Source: the human T2T-CHM13v2.0 reference genome, Homo sapiens
NCBI RefSeq assembly: GCF_009914755.1
Contig: NC_060947.1
Length of the DNA stretch: 64,000 bases
Strand: one strand, 5' to 3'
Both the position numbers and the translations under genes were made by a program. Every line of letters begins with the position of its first letter. Within the stretch, counting starts at the first letter, position 1. The notes below the pieces were generated by a model. It was not told the origin of the DNA and made no database searches. It worked only from the letters and a program-made list of their open reading frames with translations. Shown one piece after another: positions 41,760 to 55,000 of the stretch.

Positions 41760-42086
41760 TCAGTGTTGGGGGAGGGATGTGGTGGGAGGTGGTTGGATCA
41801 TGGGGGCAGATTTCCCTCTTGCTGTTTGCATGATAGTGAGTGAGTTCTCATTACATCTGGCTGTCTGAAAGTGTGTGGCACTTCTCCCTTTCTCTCTCTC
41901 TCTCCTGTTCCACCATGGTAAAACATGCTTGCCTCCCCTTCACCTTCTGCCATGATTGTTTCTTGAGGCCTCCCAGTCATGTTTCCTGTTAAGCCTGCAC
42001 AACTGTGGGTCAATTAAACATCTTTTCTCCATAAATTATCAAGTCTCAGGTAGTTCTTTATAGCAGTGTGAAAACACACTAATACA
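41759..42086 (+). mobile_element. MSTA-like LTR, 5'-truncated
   Basis: CAGTGTTGGGGGAGGG...GGATCATGGGGGCAGATTTCCC...CACTAATACA; TGATATGG start missing. Confidence 0.88.
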
Positions 42087-43286
42087 ATGGACATTTAGGT
42101 TGTTTCCACATCTTGGTTATTGTGAATAGTGTTGGAGCCAGTGAGAAAGGGAAATAGTGTATGTTGGTCAAGGGGTACAAAGTTTCAGTTACATAGGATG
42201 AATAAGTGAATAAGTTCTGGAGATCGAATGTACAACAATATGATAATAGTTAATGCTGTATTGTATAATTGACATTTGATAAAAGGTTAGGTCAATAAGT
42301 GTTGTCACCATACACACACAAGAAAATGGCAACTATGTGAGGTGATAGATATATTAATTAGCTTATTTTTGGTGATTATTTCACAATGTAAGTGTATATC
42401 AAATAATGAGTTTGCACACCTTAAATATATGCAATTTTAAATTGTGAGTTATACCTCAATAAAAACATAAGTAAGTAGCTCCACCCCCATCACTCTTTCA
42501 CACAACCTTCTTTTTTTTGTTTTTATGTTGAGACAGGGTCTCATTCTGTTGCCCAGGCTGGAGTACAGTGGCGTGATCATTTTCCACAGCATACTCAAAC
42601 TCCTGGGCTTTGAAGTTATCCTCCCGCCTCAGCCTCCTGAGTAGCTGAGACTACAGGCACATGCTGCCACGCCCAGTTTTGTTTTGTTTGTTTTGTTTTG
42701 TTTTGTTGTAGCCACAAGGTCTTGCTGTGTTGCCCAAGTGGCTCTCAAACACCTAAGCCCAAGCAATCCTCCCATCTCGGCCTCCCAAAGTGTTGGGATT
42801 ATAGGTACGAACCCCCATGCCTGGCCTATTTTTCTTATATAATGTATTACTAACTGAAATTTCCCTTTTTGTTTATTGTGTCTCTCCCTTCAAGAAGGAA
42901 AGCACCTTGTAAGAGGAGAGCAAAATGGTTTGTTCATTGCTGTATCTCCAAAGCCTTGAGGAATGTCTGGCATACAGTATGTACTTGGCAAATAATTCCT
43001 GAGTAAATGAACAAATAAATAATTTTGGCCAAGTGATTAAGTGATTAAGAATCAAACTTCCTAGATTTGAATTCTGACTCTCCAATCACCAGTCCTATGC
43101 CCTTGGGCATGATGCTTGACCATTCCATCACTTGGCTTTATGATCTTTAAAAGTAGTAATATAAATAGAACCTAACCCTTAAGGTTGACATGATGTTTGA
43201 CTTAGTATATGTAAAGTGCTTAAAACAGTGTTTGGCATATAGAATGTGCTTTATAAGGATTATATCATTACTGCTGCTATTAGTGC
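41798..43286. repeat. Left arm of inverted duplication (visible part)
   Basis: Reverse complement of 62505-64000; manual comparison gives ~24 substitutions and 4 small indels over ~1.49 kb. Confidence 0.97.
42510..42826 (-). mobile_element. AluJ (within left arm)
   Basis: GAGACAGGGTCTCATTCTGTTGCCC...CCCAAGCAATCCTCCC...CCTGGCC, (GTTTT)n linker. Confidence 0.9.
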
Positions 43287-43765
43287 ATCATAGATTCACT
43301 GGGGCATTCTCATTCTCATTATTCCCCAAATCCTCATATTCCAGTACTAGCTCTTGGTCATTAAATCATTCATGAGGGCCTCTGTCAGATGTATTTAGTG
43401 GTTAAGGATGTAATCCTGTAGACACTAAAGATCTATGGAGTCACTGATGCTTAAAATGTAATTGTATTGATTCAACGGCAAGATTCATCACACATTTTAC
43501 AAATATGGAAGATACTCAACACACACACACACACACATGCACACACACACACATAGCATAACTTTATCAGATGGATCTGGGCTTGTTGAAAATTTTGACT
43601 TCTATGCAGTTGGTAGTGCCCTAGAAAGTCCAAGCTATACACTTAAATTATAATGCCCACAAGTCTTAGGAACTATTTTTGTCATTTCAGTATAGTGCCT
43701 TTCTCAATAATATCTATTTTGCTGAAAGCAAAATATGTCAGAAAACCAACAAATAATTATAATTC

Positions 43766-44895
43766 TTTTTTAAAAACTTTTATTTTAAGTTCAGGGATAC
43801 ATGTGTAAGTTTGTTACACAGGTAAACTTGTGTCATGTGGTTTATTGTATAGGTTATTTCATCACCAAAGTATTAAGCCTAGTACCCATTAACTATTTTT
43901 TTTTGATCCTTACTCCTCGTATCATCCACCCTCTGACTGACCCCAGTGTGTGTTGTTCTCCTCTATGTGTTTATGTGTTCTCATCATTTAGCTCCCACTT
44001 GTAAGTGATAACATGTAGTATTTGGTTGTGTGTTCCTGTGTTAGTTTGCTAAGAATAATGACCTCCAGCTCCACCCATGTCCCTGCAAAGGACATTATCT
44101 CATTCTTTTTTATGGCTACATAGTATCCCATGATGTATATGTACCACATTTTCTTTATGCAGTCTATCATTAATGGGCATTTGGGTTGATTCCAGGTCTT
44201 TGCTATTGTGAATAGTGTTGCAGTGAACATACCTGTGCATATGTCTTCATAATAGAATGATTTATATTCCTTTTGGTATAGTATACACCCAGTAATGGGA
44301 TTGTTGGGTTGAATGGTATTTCTCTCTCTGGGTCTTTGAGGAATCTTCACACTGTCTTCCACCATGGTTGAACTAACTTACACTCCCACCAATTGTGTAT
44401 AAGCATTCCTTTTTCTCCATAATCTTGCCAGCATCTGTTATTTTTTGACTTTTTCATAATAGTCATTTTGACGGGTGTGAGATGGTATCTTATTGTGGTT
44501 TTGACTTGCATTTCTCTAATGATCAGTGATACCAAGCTTTTTTTCATATGCTTGTTGACCACATATATATATTCTTTTGCAAAGTGTCTGTTCATGTGCT
44601 TTACCCCCATTTTTATAGAGCTGTTTGTTTTTTTCCCGTAAATTTGTTTATGTTCCTATAGATACTGGATATTAGACCTCTGTTGGATGCATAGTTTGCA
44701 AAACATGTCTCCCATTCTGTAGGTTGTCTGTTTACCTTGTTAATAGTTTCTATTGCTGTGCAGAAGCTCTTTGGTTTAACTAGATCCCATTTGTCAATTT
44801 TCATTTTTGTTTCAATTGCTTTTGGCATCTTCGTCATGAAATCTTTGCCTGTGCCCATGTTCTGAAGTAATGACTTGGTTGTCTTCCAGGGTTTC
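43766..44895 (-). mobile_element. L1PA (older, ~PA10-13-like) 3' 1.1 kb
   Basis: ORF2 C-terminal remnants in ORFs 43988-44918 (KTWNQPKCP, MNRHF, KIDKWDL). Confidence 0.9.
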
Positions 44896-45055
44896 ATATT
44901 ACGTATTAATATTGCCATGTAGCCTCAACATAAATTGACTTCTCAGTGGCTACATTTTTCCTATAGTTAAAATGGGAAACCTTTGAGAATGAGTTACTGT
45001 GTTGCAGGTTAGCTCCTACAACTCAGGTAATAAAAAAGTCTCTAAAAATCATGGA

Positions 45056-48000
45056 GAAGAGGGACAAGATGTTTGACTAGATGCAGTCACAAAGCACTGC
45101 TGCCATCAAGGGAGTCCAAATTATCCAGCAAATCACCATAATTTGGAGAAATTATGCTCAGAGTGGAGGTTGAGGCAACGCTGAAGCTGAGACTCTTTAG
45201 TCTCAGTTTCACAGCAGGGACAAAGCTGTGAACCCTGCACAGTGTGGCCAAATTACAGGGCTTATCCTTGGCCTCAAAAGGTTCCTGGTAAAGGAAGGAG
45301 CTGAGGAATAGCTCACTCTCACTATGGTCCTCTGAGAGCCTAGCTACAAGGAACCCCACATCCCCCATGGACATGTTAGCTGTCAGGGGACTCTCCCTGG
45401 GGAGCAGGCAGAAACAGGTCTTCAGACAGCATGGAGCCTAGGAGCTTTTTTGTTCTGAGCAGCTCCAGTGGACAGCAGTCATAGACACCCATTCCCCAGG
45501 GCTCCACATGCCCCACCAGGTGATACGGGCCCCAGCTGAGTTCTGAGCCAGCAGAGAGTAGGGCTAGCCTTCTTGTGGAAGTTCAATGCATCTGCTCTGC
45601 AAATCCTTCTGCCCTCTGGCCCTTCCCAGGGTCAATGCCTAGCTACCTTGCAGGAGGGGATGCATAGCACAACCCTTGTAGCACAGCCTGAGTGCATTGC
45701 TGCACCTGAATACTTTCCTGTTGGTCAGGAGCACATTGGACCCTACAGTGCAGCCAGGACTCAAGTGGAAGAGAAGACTCCACCATCACAGCAGTGAGAG
45801 GGATGAGACTTGTGGGCTCCTGTGCTGGGGTGGGAACAATGCATGCCTCCTCCTACAAGGTCAGTCCAGAGAAAGTGTGACATATCTCTCTGTTGCAGCC
45901 TTTGCACTTAACAAAAGAAATGCAGGCACAGGACTAGCAATTGGAGGCGGCTCCCCCAAGGCCCAGAGGAACATCTCTGATATGAGGGGGTCATCTCTCT
46001 TTCTGCCTCCCTGTAGAAGACACCTATGGTGCATGCCTCCTCCTACAAGGTCAGTCCAGAGAAAGTATAACATATCTCCCTGTTGCAGCCTCTGCACTTA
46101 ACAAAAGAAATGCAGGCACAGGACTAGCAATTGGAGGCAGCTCCTCCAAGGCCCAGGAGTGGATCTGGTGAGGGGGTCATCTCTCTTTTTGCCTCCCTGT
46201 AGAGCACACCTGTGAACATAAGAAAGTACAGAAGGGTCATGTGGCTGGGTATTAACCTAACTACCTGCCATCATTCTCAAGTGCCATCTTCTGGATTGCA
46301 GTCCAAACTACAAAACCAAAAATTTATCCAGCTAATATATATACATGTGAAACCAAGTGCAATAATTCAGCTGCACATGAAGATGCTATGCAGACCCCTG
46401 GCCCTCTGAAACCATCTGGAAACAAAGCCACCTGACTGTACTCAACTTATATCACAGGTAAAGGAACACCAACCCTTCCAGATGAGAAAGAATCAGCATA
46501 AGAACTTTGACTATTCAGAAAGCCACAGTGTCCTCTTACCTCCAAATGAACCCATGTGCTCCCCAGCAATGGTTCTTAACCAGTCTGAAATGACAGAAAT
46601 ATCAGACATAGAATTCAGAATCTGGATGGCAGGAAAACTCAGTGAGATTCAGCAGAAAGTTGAAACCCAATCCAAGGAATCTAAAGAATCCAGTAAAATA
46701 AGCCAAGAGTGGGAAGACAAAATATTCATTTTAAGAAAGAACTAAACTGAACTTCTACAGCTGAAAAAACTCACTACAATAATTTCATAATACAATCAAA
46801 AGTATTAACAGTAGAATAGACCAAGCCTAGGAGGGAGTCTTAGAGCTCAGAGACTGGTTCTTTGAGTCAACTTGGTCAGACAAAATTTAAGAAAAACAAA
46901 TTCAGAAAAATAAACAAAACCTCTGAAATATATGGGAATATGTAAAGAGATTAATCTATGACTCATTGGCATTCCTAAGAGAGAAGAAAAGAGAAAAAGC
47001 AACTTGGAAAATATATATGAGGATATAGTTTATGAAAATTTCCTAATCTCACTATAGAGGATGATATGCAGATCCAACAAATACAGAAAACCCCAGCTAG
47101 ATACTATATAAGATGACCATCCCCAAGGCACATAGTCATAAGATTTACTAAGGTCAAAGAAAAAGAAAAAAATCTTAAAGGCAGCTAGGGAGTAGGGGTA
47201 GGTCACATAAAGAAGGAACCCCATCAGGCTAGCAGCAGACCTCTCAGTAGAAAACCTACAAGCCAGAAGAGATTGAGGGCCTATTTTCAACATCCTTCAA
47301 GAAAAGAAATTCCAACCAAGAATTTCATATCCTGCCAAACTAAGCTTCATAAGTGAAGAAGAAATTGCTTCTCAGAGAAGCAAATTCTGAGGGAATATGT
47401 TTCAACTACACTAGCTTTAAGACTCCCTTAAGGGAGTGCTGAGATATGGAATTGAAAGAATGACACCTTTTACCAAAAAAACACACTTAAGCACATAGCC
47501 CACAGGCATTATAAAGGAACTACACAATCAAGTCTACATAATAAGCTAACAACACAATGACAGTATCAAAATCACACATATCATTGAATATAAATGGACT
47601 AAACATCCCACTTAAAAGACACAAAGTGGCAGACTGAATAAAATGACAAGATCCAATGATCTGTTGTCTTCAAGAGGCCCATTTTACATGTAATGGCACC
47701 CAAAAACTCAAAGTAAAAGGGTGGAGAAAGATCTACCATGCAAATGGAAAACAAAAAGAAGCAGGAGTCACTGTTCTTATATCATATGAAACAGAATTTA
47801 AACCAACAAAAATTAAGAAGACAATGAAGTGCATTACATAATGATAAAGGGTACAATCCAACAAGAAGCCTTAACTATCTTAAATATATATGCACTCAAT
47901 ACTGGTGCACTCAGATTCATAAAACAAGCTGTTCTTGACCTACAAAAAGGCTTAGACAACCACACAATAATAGTGGGAGACTTCAACACCTTACTGACAG

Positions 48001-51000
48001 CATTAGATCATCAAGCTAGAAACTAACAAAGAAATTCTGGACTTAAACTTGACACTTGACCAATTGGACCTAATAGGCGTTTACAGAACACTCCACCCAA
48101 CAACCACAGAATATACATTTTTCTTATCTACACGTGGAACATATTCTAAGACCACATGCTTGGTCATAAAGCAAATCTCAACAAATTAAAAAAAATTGAA
48201 ATTGTACTCTCAGTCCAAAGTGCAATAAAATAGAAACCAATGTCAAGAAGATCTCTCAAGACTACACAATCACATTAAATTAAACAACTTGCTCTTGAAT
48301 AATTCCTGGCTGAACATTGAAATTAAGGAATAAATAAAAAACACTTTGAAATTAATGAAAATATGGACACAATTTATCAAAATCCCTGGAATGCAGCTAA
48401 AGGGGCGTTAAGAGGAAAGTTTATAACCCTAAACACCTTCATCAAGAAATTAGAATAATCCCAAACTAGTCAAATAACTTTGCACTTAAAGGAACCAGGA
48501 AAAACAGAACAAACCAACCTGAAAGCTAGCAGAAGAATAAAAATAATTAAATTTAGAGAACTTCATGAAACTGACATGCAAAAATCCATTTAAAAGATCA
48601 GTGAAACCAAGAATTGGTTATTCAAAATAATAAATAACATTGATGGAATGCTAGCTGGACTAACAAAAAAAAAAAAAGAGAGAAGATCCAAGTAAGTAAA
48701 ATCATAAATGGCAAATATAACATTACAGCTGATCCAAAGAAATTCAAAAGATCCTCAGAAACTACTATGAATGACTTTATGCACATAAATTAAAAATCTA
48801 GAAGAAATGAATGCATTACTGGAAATGCACAACCTTGTAAGACTCCATTATCAGGAAGAGATTGAAACCTTGAATAGACAAATATCAGGTACTGAAATTG
48901 TATCAGAAACAAAGAAACAAACAAAAACCTATCAACCAAAAAAAGCCTTGGACCAGATGGATTCACAGCTGAATTCTACCACACATATGAAGAACTAGTA
49001 CCAGTACTACTGAAACTATTACAAAAAATTGAAGAGGAGGGACTCCTTTCTAACACATTCTATGAAGCCAACATCAGCCTAATACCAAAATCTGGCAGAG
49101 ACACAGTGAAGAAAGAAAACTTCAGCGCATCTGATAAACACAGATGCAAAAGTTCTCAACAAAATTCTAGCAAACGGAACCCAGCAGCACATCGAAAAGT
49201 TAACTGGCCCCAATCAAGTAGGCTTCATTCCTGGGAAGCAAGGTAGGTTCAACATAGGCAAATCAATAAATGTGATTCACCACATAAATAGAATTAAAGC
49301 AAAAATTATATGATTATCTCATTAGATGCAGAAAAAGCTTTCCCTGAAATCCAACATCCCTTCATGATAAAACCCTCAACAGACAGGTCATTGAAGAAAT
49401 ATAGCAATACCTCAAAATAATAAGAGCCATCTATGCCAGACCCACAGCCAACATCATGCTGAATGGACAAAAGTTGGAAGTATTCCCCTTGAGAATGGAA
49501 CAAGACAAGGATGCCAACTCTTACCACTCCTATTGAACATAGCACTATGAGTCCTAGCCAGAGCAATTAAAGGAGAAAAAAGAAATAAAAGGCATCCAAA
49601 TAGGAAAAGAAGAAGTCGAATTATCTCTCTTCACCAATGATGTAATTCTATTCTTAGAAAACCCTAAAGACTATGCCAAAAGGCTACTAGAACTGACAAA
49701 TGATTTTGTAAGATTTTAAGACACAAAATCAATGTATAAAAATCAGTAGTAGCATTTCTATACACCAATAACATCCAGGTGGAGAGTCAAATCAAGAACA
49801 CAATCCCATGTACAATAGCCACAAAGAAAATGAAATGCCTAGGAATACAGCAAACCAAGGATATGAAAGAGCTGTACAAGGAGAACTATAAAACACTGCT
49901 GAAACAAATCAGAAACAACACAAATAAATAGAGAAACATCCCATGCTCATGGATTAGAAGAAACAATATCATTATGATGGCCATATGCCCCAAAGATATT
50001 TAGAGGTTTAATGCTTTTCCTGTGAAACTGTCAACATCATTCTTCACAGAATTAGAAAAACTTATTTTAAAATTAATATGGGATCAAAAAAAGAGCCTAA
50101 ATAGCCAAAGCAATCCTAAGCCAAAAGAACAAAGCCAGAGGCATCACACTAAATGACTTCAGATTATATTATAAGGCTACAATGACCAAAACAGCATGGT
50201 ACTGCTACAAAAACAGACACATAGACTAATAGAACAGAATAGAAAACTCAGAAATAAAGCCACACACCTACAACCATCTGATCTTCAACAAGGCTGACAA
50301 AAACAAGCAATGGGGAAAGGGCTTTCTATTCAATAAATGACGCTGGCATAATTGGTTAGCCATAGGCAGAAGAGTGATATTAGCCACTTAACTTTCACCA
50401 TATACACAAATTCACTGAAGGTGGATTAAATATTTAAATGTAGGACCTCAAACTGTAAAAGTCCTAGAAGAAAATCTAAGAAATACCCTTCTCTACATAC
50501 ACCTTGGCAACAAATTTATACCAATTCCCCAAGAGCAACTGCAAGAAAAACAAAAATTAACAACTAGGAACTAATTAACCTAGAGAGCTTCTATACAGCA
50601 AAGGAAACCATCGATAAAGTAAACAGACAATCTACAGAAGAGAAAAAATTATTCACAAGCTATGCGTCCAACAAGGGCATATCTAGAACCTATGAGGAAC
50701 TTAAATAAATCAACAAGCAAAAAACAATCCCATTAAAGTGTGGGCAAAAGACATAAATATACACTCCTAAAAAGAAGACATACAAGGGGCCAGCAAACAT
50801 ATGAAAAAATGCTCATCATCACTAATCATCAGAGAAATGCAAATCAAACCATCTGATACCAGTCAGAATGGCTATTATAAAAAGTCAAAAAAATAACAGA
50901 TTCTAGTGAGGTTATGGAGAAAAGGGAATGCTTATATACTGTTGGTGGGAATGTAAATTAGTTCAGCCTCTGGGGAAAGCAATTTGGAGATTTCTTAAAG

Positions 51001-51520
51001 AACTTAGAGATACCACTCAACCCAGCAATCCCATTATATACCCCCAAAATATAGATCATTATACCAAAAAGACATATAACCTCATATGTTCATCACTGCA
51101 CTGTTCACAATAACAAAGACATGGAATCAACCTAAATGGTCATCAATGGTGGATTGGACAAAGAAAATGTAGCATATATACACGATGGAATACTACACAG
51201 CCATTAAAGAGAATGAAATCATTTCCTTTGTACCGATATGGATGGAGCTGAAGGCCATAATCCTAAGTGAATTAACACAGGAACAGAAAACCAAATACCA
51301 CTTGTTCTCTCCTAAACATTGAGCACACATGGACATAAACATGAGAACAATAGACACACTGCGGACTACTGGTGGAGGAAGAGGGAGGAAAGCATGAGCT
51401 GAAAAACTACCCATTGGGTACTATGATCACTACCTAGGTCTAATATACCCATGTAGCAATCCTACACATGCTATGTGTAGGATATGCTGTGTATCTAAAA
51501 CAAAAGCTGACGTTTAAAAA
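45056..51520 (+). mobile_element. Near full-length decayed L1 (L1PA15/16-like)
   Basis: 5'UTR CAAGATGTTTGACTAGATGCAG; ORF1 remnant 46482 (EISDIEFRIWM); ORF2 EN remnants 47656/47829 (ICCLQEAH, IIVGDFNT); 3'UTR and A tail; possible degenerate TSD AAAAATCATGGA / AATAATCAGGGA. Confidence 0.92.
45841..46214 (+). repeat. 190-bp tandem duplication in L1 5'UTR
   Basis: GCATGCCTCCTCCTACAAGGTCAGTCC starts at 45841 and 46031; 6 mismatches in the first 125 bp. Confidence 0.95.
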
Positions 51521-54121
51521 ATAATCAGGGAACAACTCTCTGTATGTTAGAACAAAGCATATACCTGTACATGCCTATCAATTAGCTCAAATGAGCATGA
51601 CTACTTGAAGAGTAGGATTTTGCAGAGCCATGTTAGCACTGTGCAGTACTTCTGAAGTTCTACCTCAAAATACTATAATACAGAGAAAACATGAGCAAAT
51701 ATATTAAAAAAAACATTCTTTTTTGGTGTTAGAAAACTGCATTCAGCTCTTTTTGATGGATTTGCTAGTTGGTTCATTGAAACAAATTCTCAGCTAATTC
51801 AAACAACTCATGCATTTTGCTGTTATCGCCCACAAAATTGATGTATTTGTCCAAATTGCTAGTTGCTCTGGTTTTCTGCAGCAGAGGGTAAGTTCCGATG
51901 AACTCTAGTAGATGGATGAAAGCAATGTAGTTAGCTTTCTAATAACATCCACAAATGATCACCAAAAACAACACATGTATATAGGATATCAAAAAGATCC
52001 TAAACCATCATCACAATTTGACTTTTTAAAACTTACACAACAAGGCAAACGATTTGGTGGTAACTTCTAAAATTGTACTAGAACTAGGGCAACTTGCACA
52101 CACAGAAACAAATAGAATAATTTGTTGCCAGAATGTTTCTGGTGTCTGTGGGTTTTAAAATAAGTCCCAGTTTTCCTCCTGATCTAGAACATCTCATTAT
52201 CATCATCAAAAGGAATACTTGCTTCTGATGTCTTATATATTTACTATCTTTAACAGATAGCCAGGGGATTGCAGTCTTTGATGTTTACATTTATCTAATT
52301 TATTGTCCACAGGCTTTGAATTGCTTATTTAATTTAAATTAATGGGCCATGTTTAAATCAAAGAAAGCTAAACTAATTAGGCAGAATAGCCTAATCTGGC
52401 ACTTTAAACTTTAAGATTTATTGCGGGCATTCAAGATTTGAAATTGACTGCATTTATTGAATAAAGCCAGGAAGCCATTTTATTCTAACGGTTGGGCTAG
52501 GTTAATCTGTAATGAAATCCAGTCTAAGAGTAGAGGGGGGAGTTCAATTCAGTTAGACATTTGAGTACTGTGTGCCATATAGATGCTAGATACTGAGGAT
52601 AGGGAGATGACTAGGCCTCACACCATACTTTCATGGAGCCCACAGTCTACTAAGAAGGATGGAAAGGAAGAAATAATTATCACAAGGGATGCATCCTCCT
52701 TTCTTCTGTAAGTATGTGAAGAGGACTTAACTTCCAAAGATATATTCAGTTCAAAAAGCTTTTACTGAAGACCTATGATTATGTGTTGGAAACTGGTACT
52801 AGTGTTAGGGACTGAGAATACATAAATGAAGCCTTTGCTTCTGTCATTGAGATGAAGGAGACAAAAGAAACAAATGTTTACAATAGAGTGGAAATAGATA
52901 TATGAGCACAGTGAATAGAAACACAACTTGCTCTGGAGGAGTTAGAGATAACGAGATATTGCCAATTGATGCATTCAATAAATGTTTAATAAGTGCGCTC
53001 ACTATGTATCAGGTCATAGGGGTAAAGGGATGAATAAGTCATAGATCCTTCCCTAGAGGAGCTCATGATTCAATGGAGCTGTGTATTGCAAAGTGCTACA
53101 AATGTTTGCATCTGGTGGATTATTTTAACAAAAAATAAAAAGTGTTTGAAATTCTCAGGCTTCTGAAAGATATAGCACTGGCTTAATGTAAAAATATAGA
53201 AAATCCTGAGGCAGAAATAATGAAGGATGTAAGACACAGAACTATCAGTTGGATGAAGGTTAACAGTTTTTTTACTGAACTATATTGTGTTTAAAACAAC
53301 TTACAAGCTGAAGTTAAAAAATGACTCATGATGCAATTATGAGTTCTATCGATTAAATCATGATAAATTGCCTCAAATGTTTTTCTTGGATTGAATTATA
53401 ATCTATGATATTAGACTGTTTACACAATATCAAAATCACTGGTGGAAAATTGTAAGATTTGGTCAACTAGTTTTTCTCTACTTTATGCTAAATGATTTAA
53501 ATTTAACAATAATAATTTTCTAAAAATAACACTGTTCAATGATGATAAAATTGTTGTCCCAGTGTATTTCTGTACAATTGTGAGTTGTTGAATTGGTTGA
53601 GTACAGAACTTCTTAAAGTTACATAGAGTAGTTGCTTTGCCTTTACAGACATATTCTTTTCAAGTTCCAAGATTCATAAATATTAAGATTGCATATGATT
53701 TCCTCACTAAAACATCTATGACTAGAAATTGTTACTTTTTTGGAATTTTTTATATGCATTGCCAGCAGTTGACTTTCTTGTGGGGACTATTCTTCCTCAC
53801 ATAAGATTTTATTACTTAGAATTTTGTCAGGTTGACTAGAGAATAATCATGCCACTTGCAGAGAAAAATGCTTTCCAGTCCACTGCTTCATTTACCATCC
53901 AAGTGAATACTAAATGTTGCCAGGGGTGTGGAAGGGAGACAAATCATGATATCATCAAATCCAAGGGTCACTTGAAAGTATTTTAAGCTTTGAATATGAA
54001 ATCTAAGAATGTTGTTTTGTACTATATAAATAATCTTACCCTTTTATTTTTAAAATACATACCTGACTATGTCTCTAATCCCATGCCAAGCAATACAAGG
54101 AACTTAGAAGTAATACCAATC

Positions 54122-54474
<353 letters not shown>

Positions 54475-54533
54475 TCATCTTCTTTTTGGTCATATCAACC
54501 GAGAAAATTATTCATCAATATGATTGTTTATGT

Positions 54534-54758
54534 CAGGGGTTAGCAAACCTGTTCTATAAAGCTCGAATAGTAAATACATTTGGCTGTGCAGGCTCTACAA
54601 TCTCTGTCACAACTGTGTAACTCTGCTAATATAATGCAGAAGTGACCATAGACAATAGGTAAATTAATGAGAGTGGCTGTGTTCCAATACAATTGTACTT
54701 GCAAAAACAGGCTGTAAGCTGCATTTGACCTGTGTAGGCCATAGTTTACCAAACCCTG
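54534..54758. mobile_element. MER58A hAT-Charlie MITE
   Basis: TIRs CAGGGGTTAGCAAAC / GTTTACCAAACCCTG; 8-bp TSD GTTTATGT / GTTTATAT. Confidence 0.85.
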
Positions 54759-55000
54759 GTTTATATATCAGAGATTTGTTCAGCTTTACCACAATCACCC
54801 TGCTTTTTAAAAACGTTTGCATTCCACTTCTTATACATTCAATTTTCTTCTTCCTGAAGGGGAGCTCCCGTTCGTATTTCAGAGAGGGTCTCTAAAGCAT
54901 AATCATCTTTGACAGCTAGGATTTCCTGAAGCTCTTCAGTTTAGATATTCTAATCTAATTTGATTGGTGTTTTAAATTTTATATAAAAATTACAAATTCT

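Noticed and set aside
42873-43085. Duplicated 70-aa ORF (also 62706-62918) as a paralogous gene pair
   Set aside because: Lies in MIR/L2 sequence and is shared only because of the inverted duplication
45056-51520. Potentially active full-length L1
   Set aside because: ORF1 and ORF2 are fragmented into pieces under 90 aa
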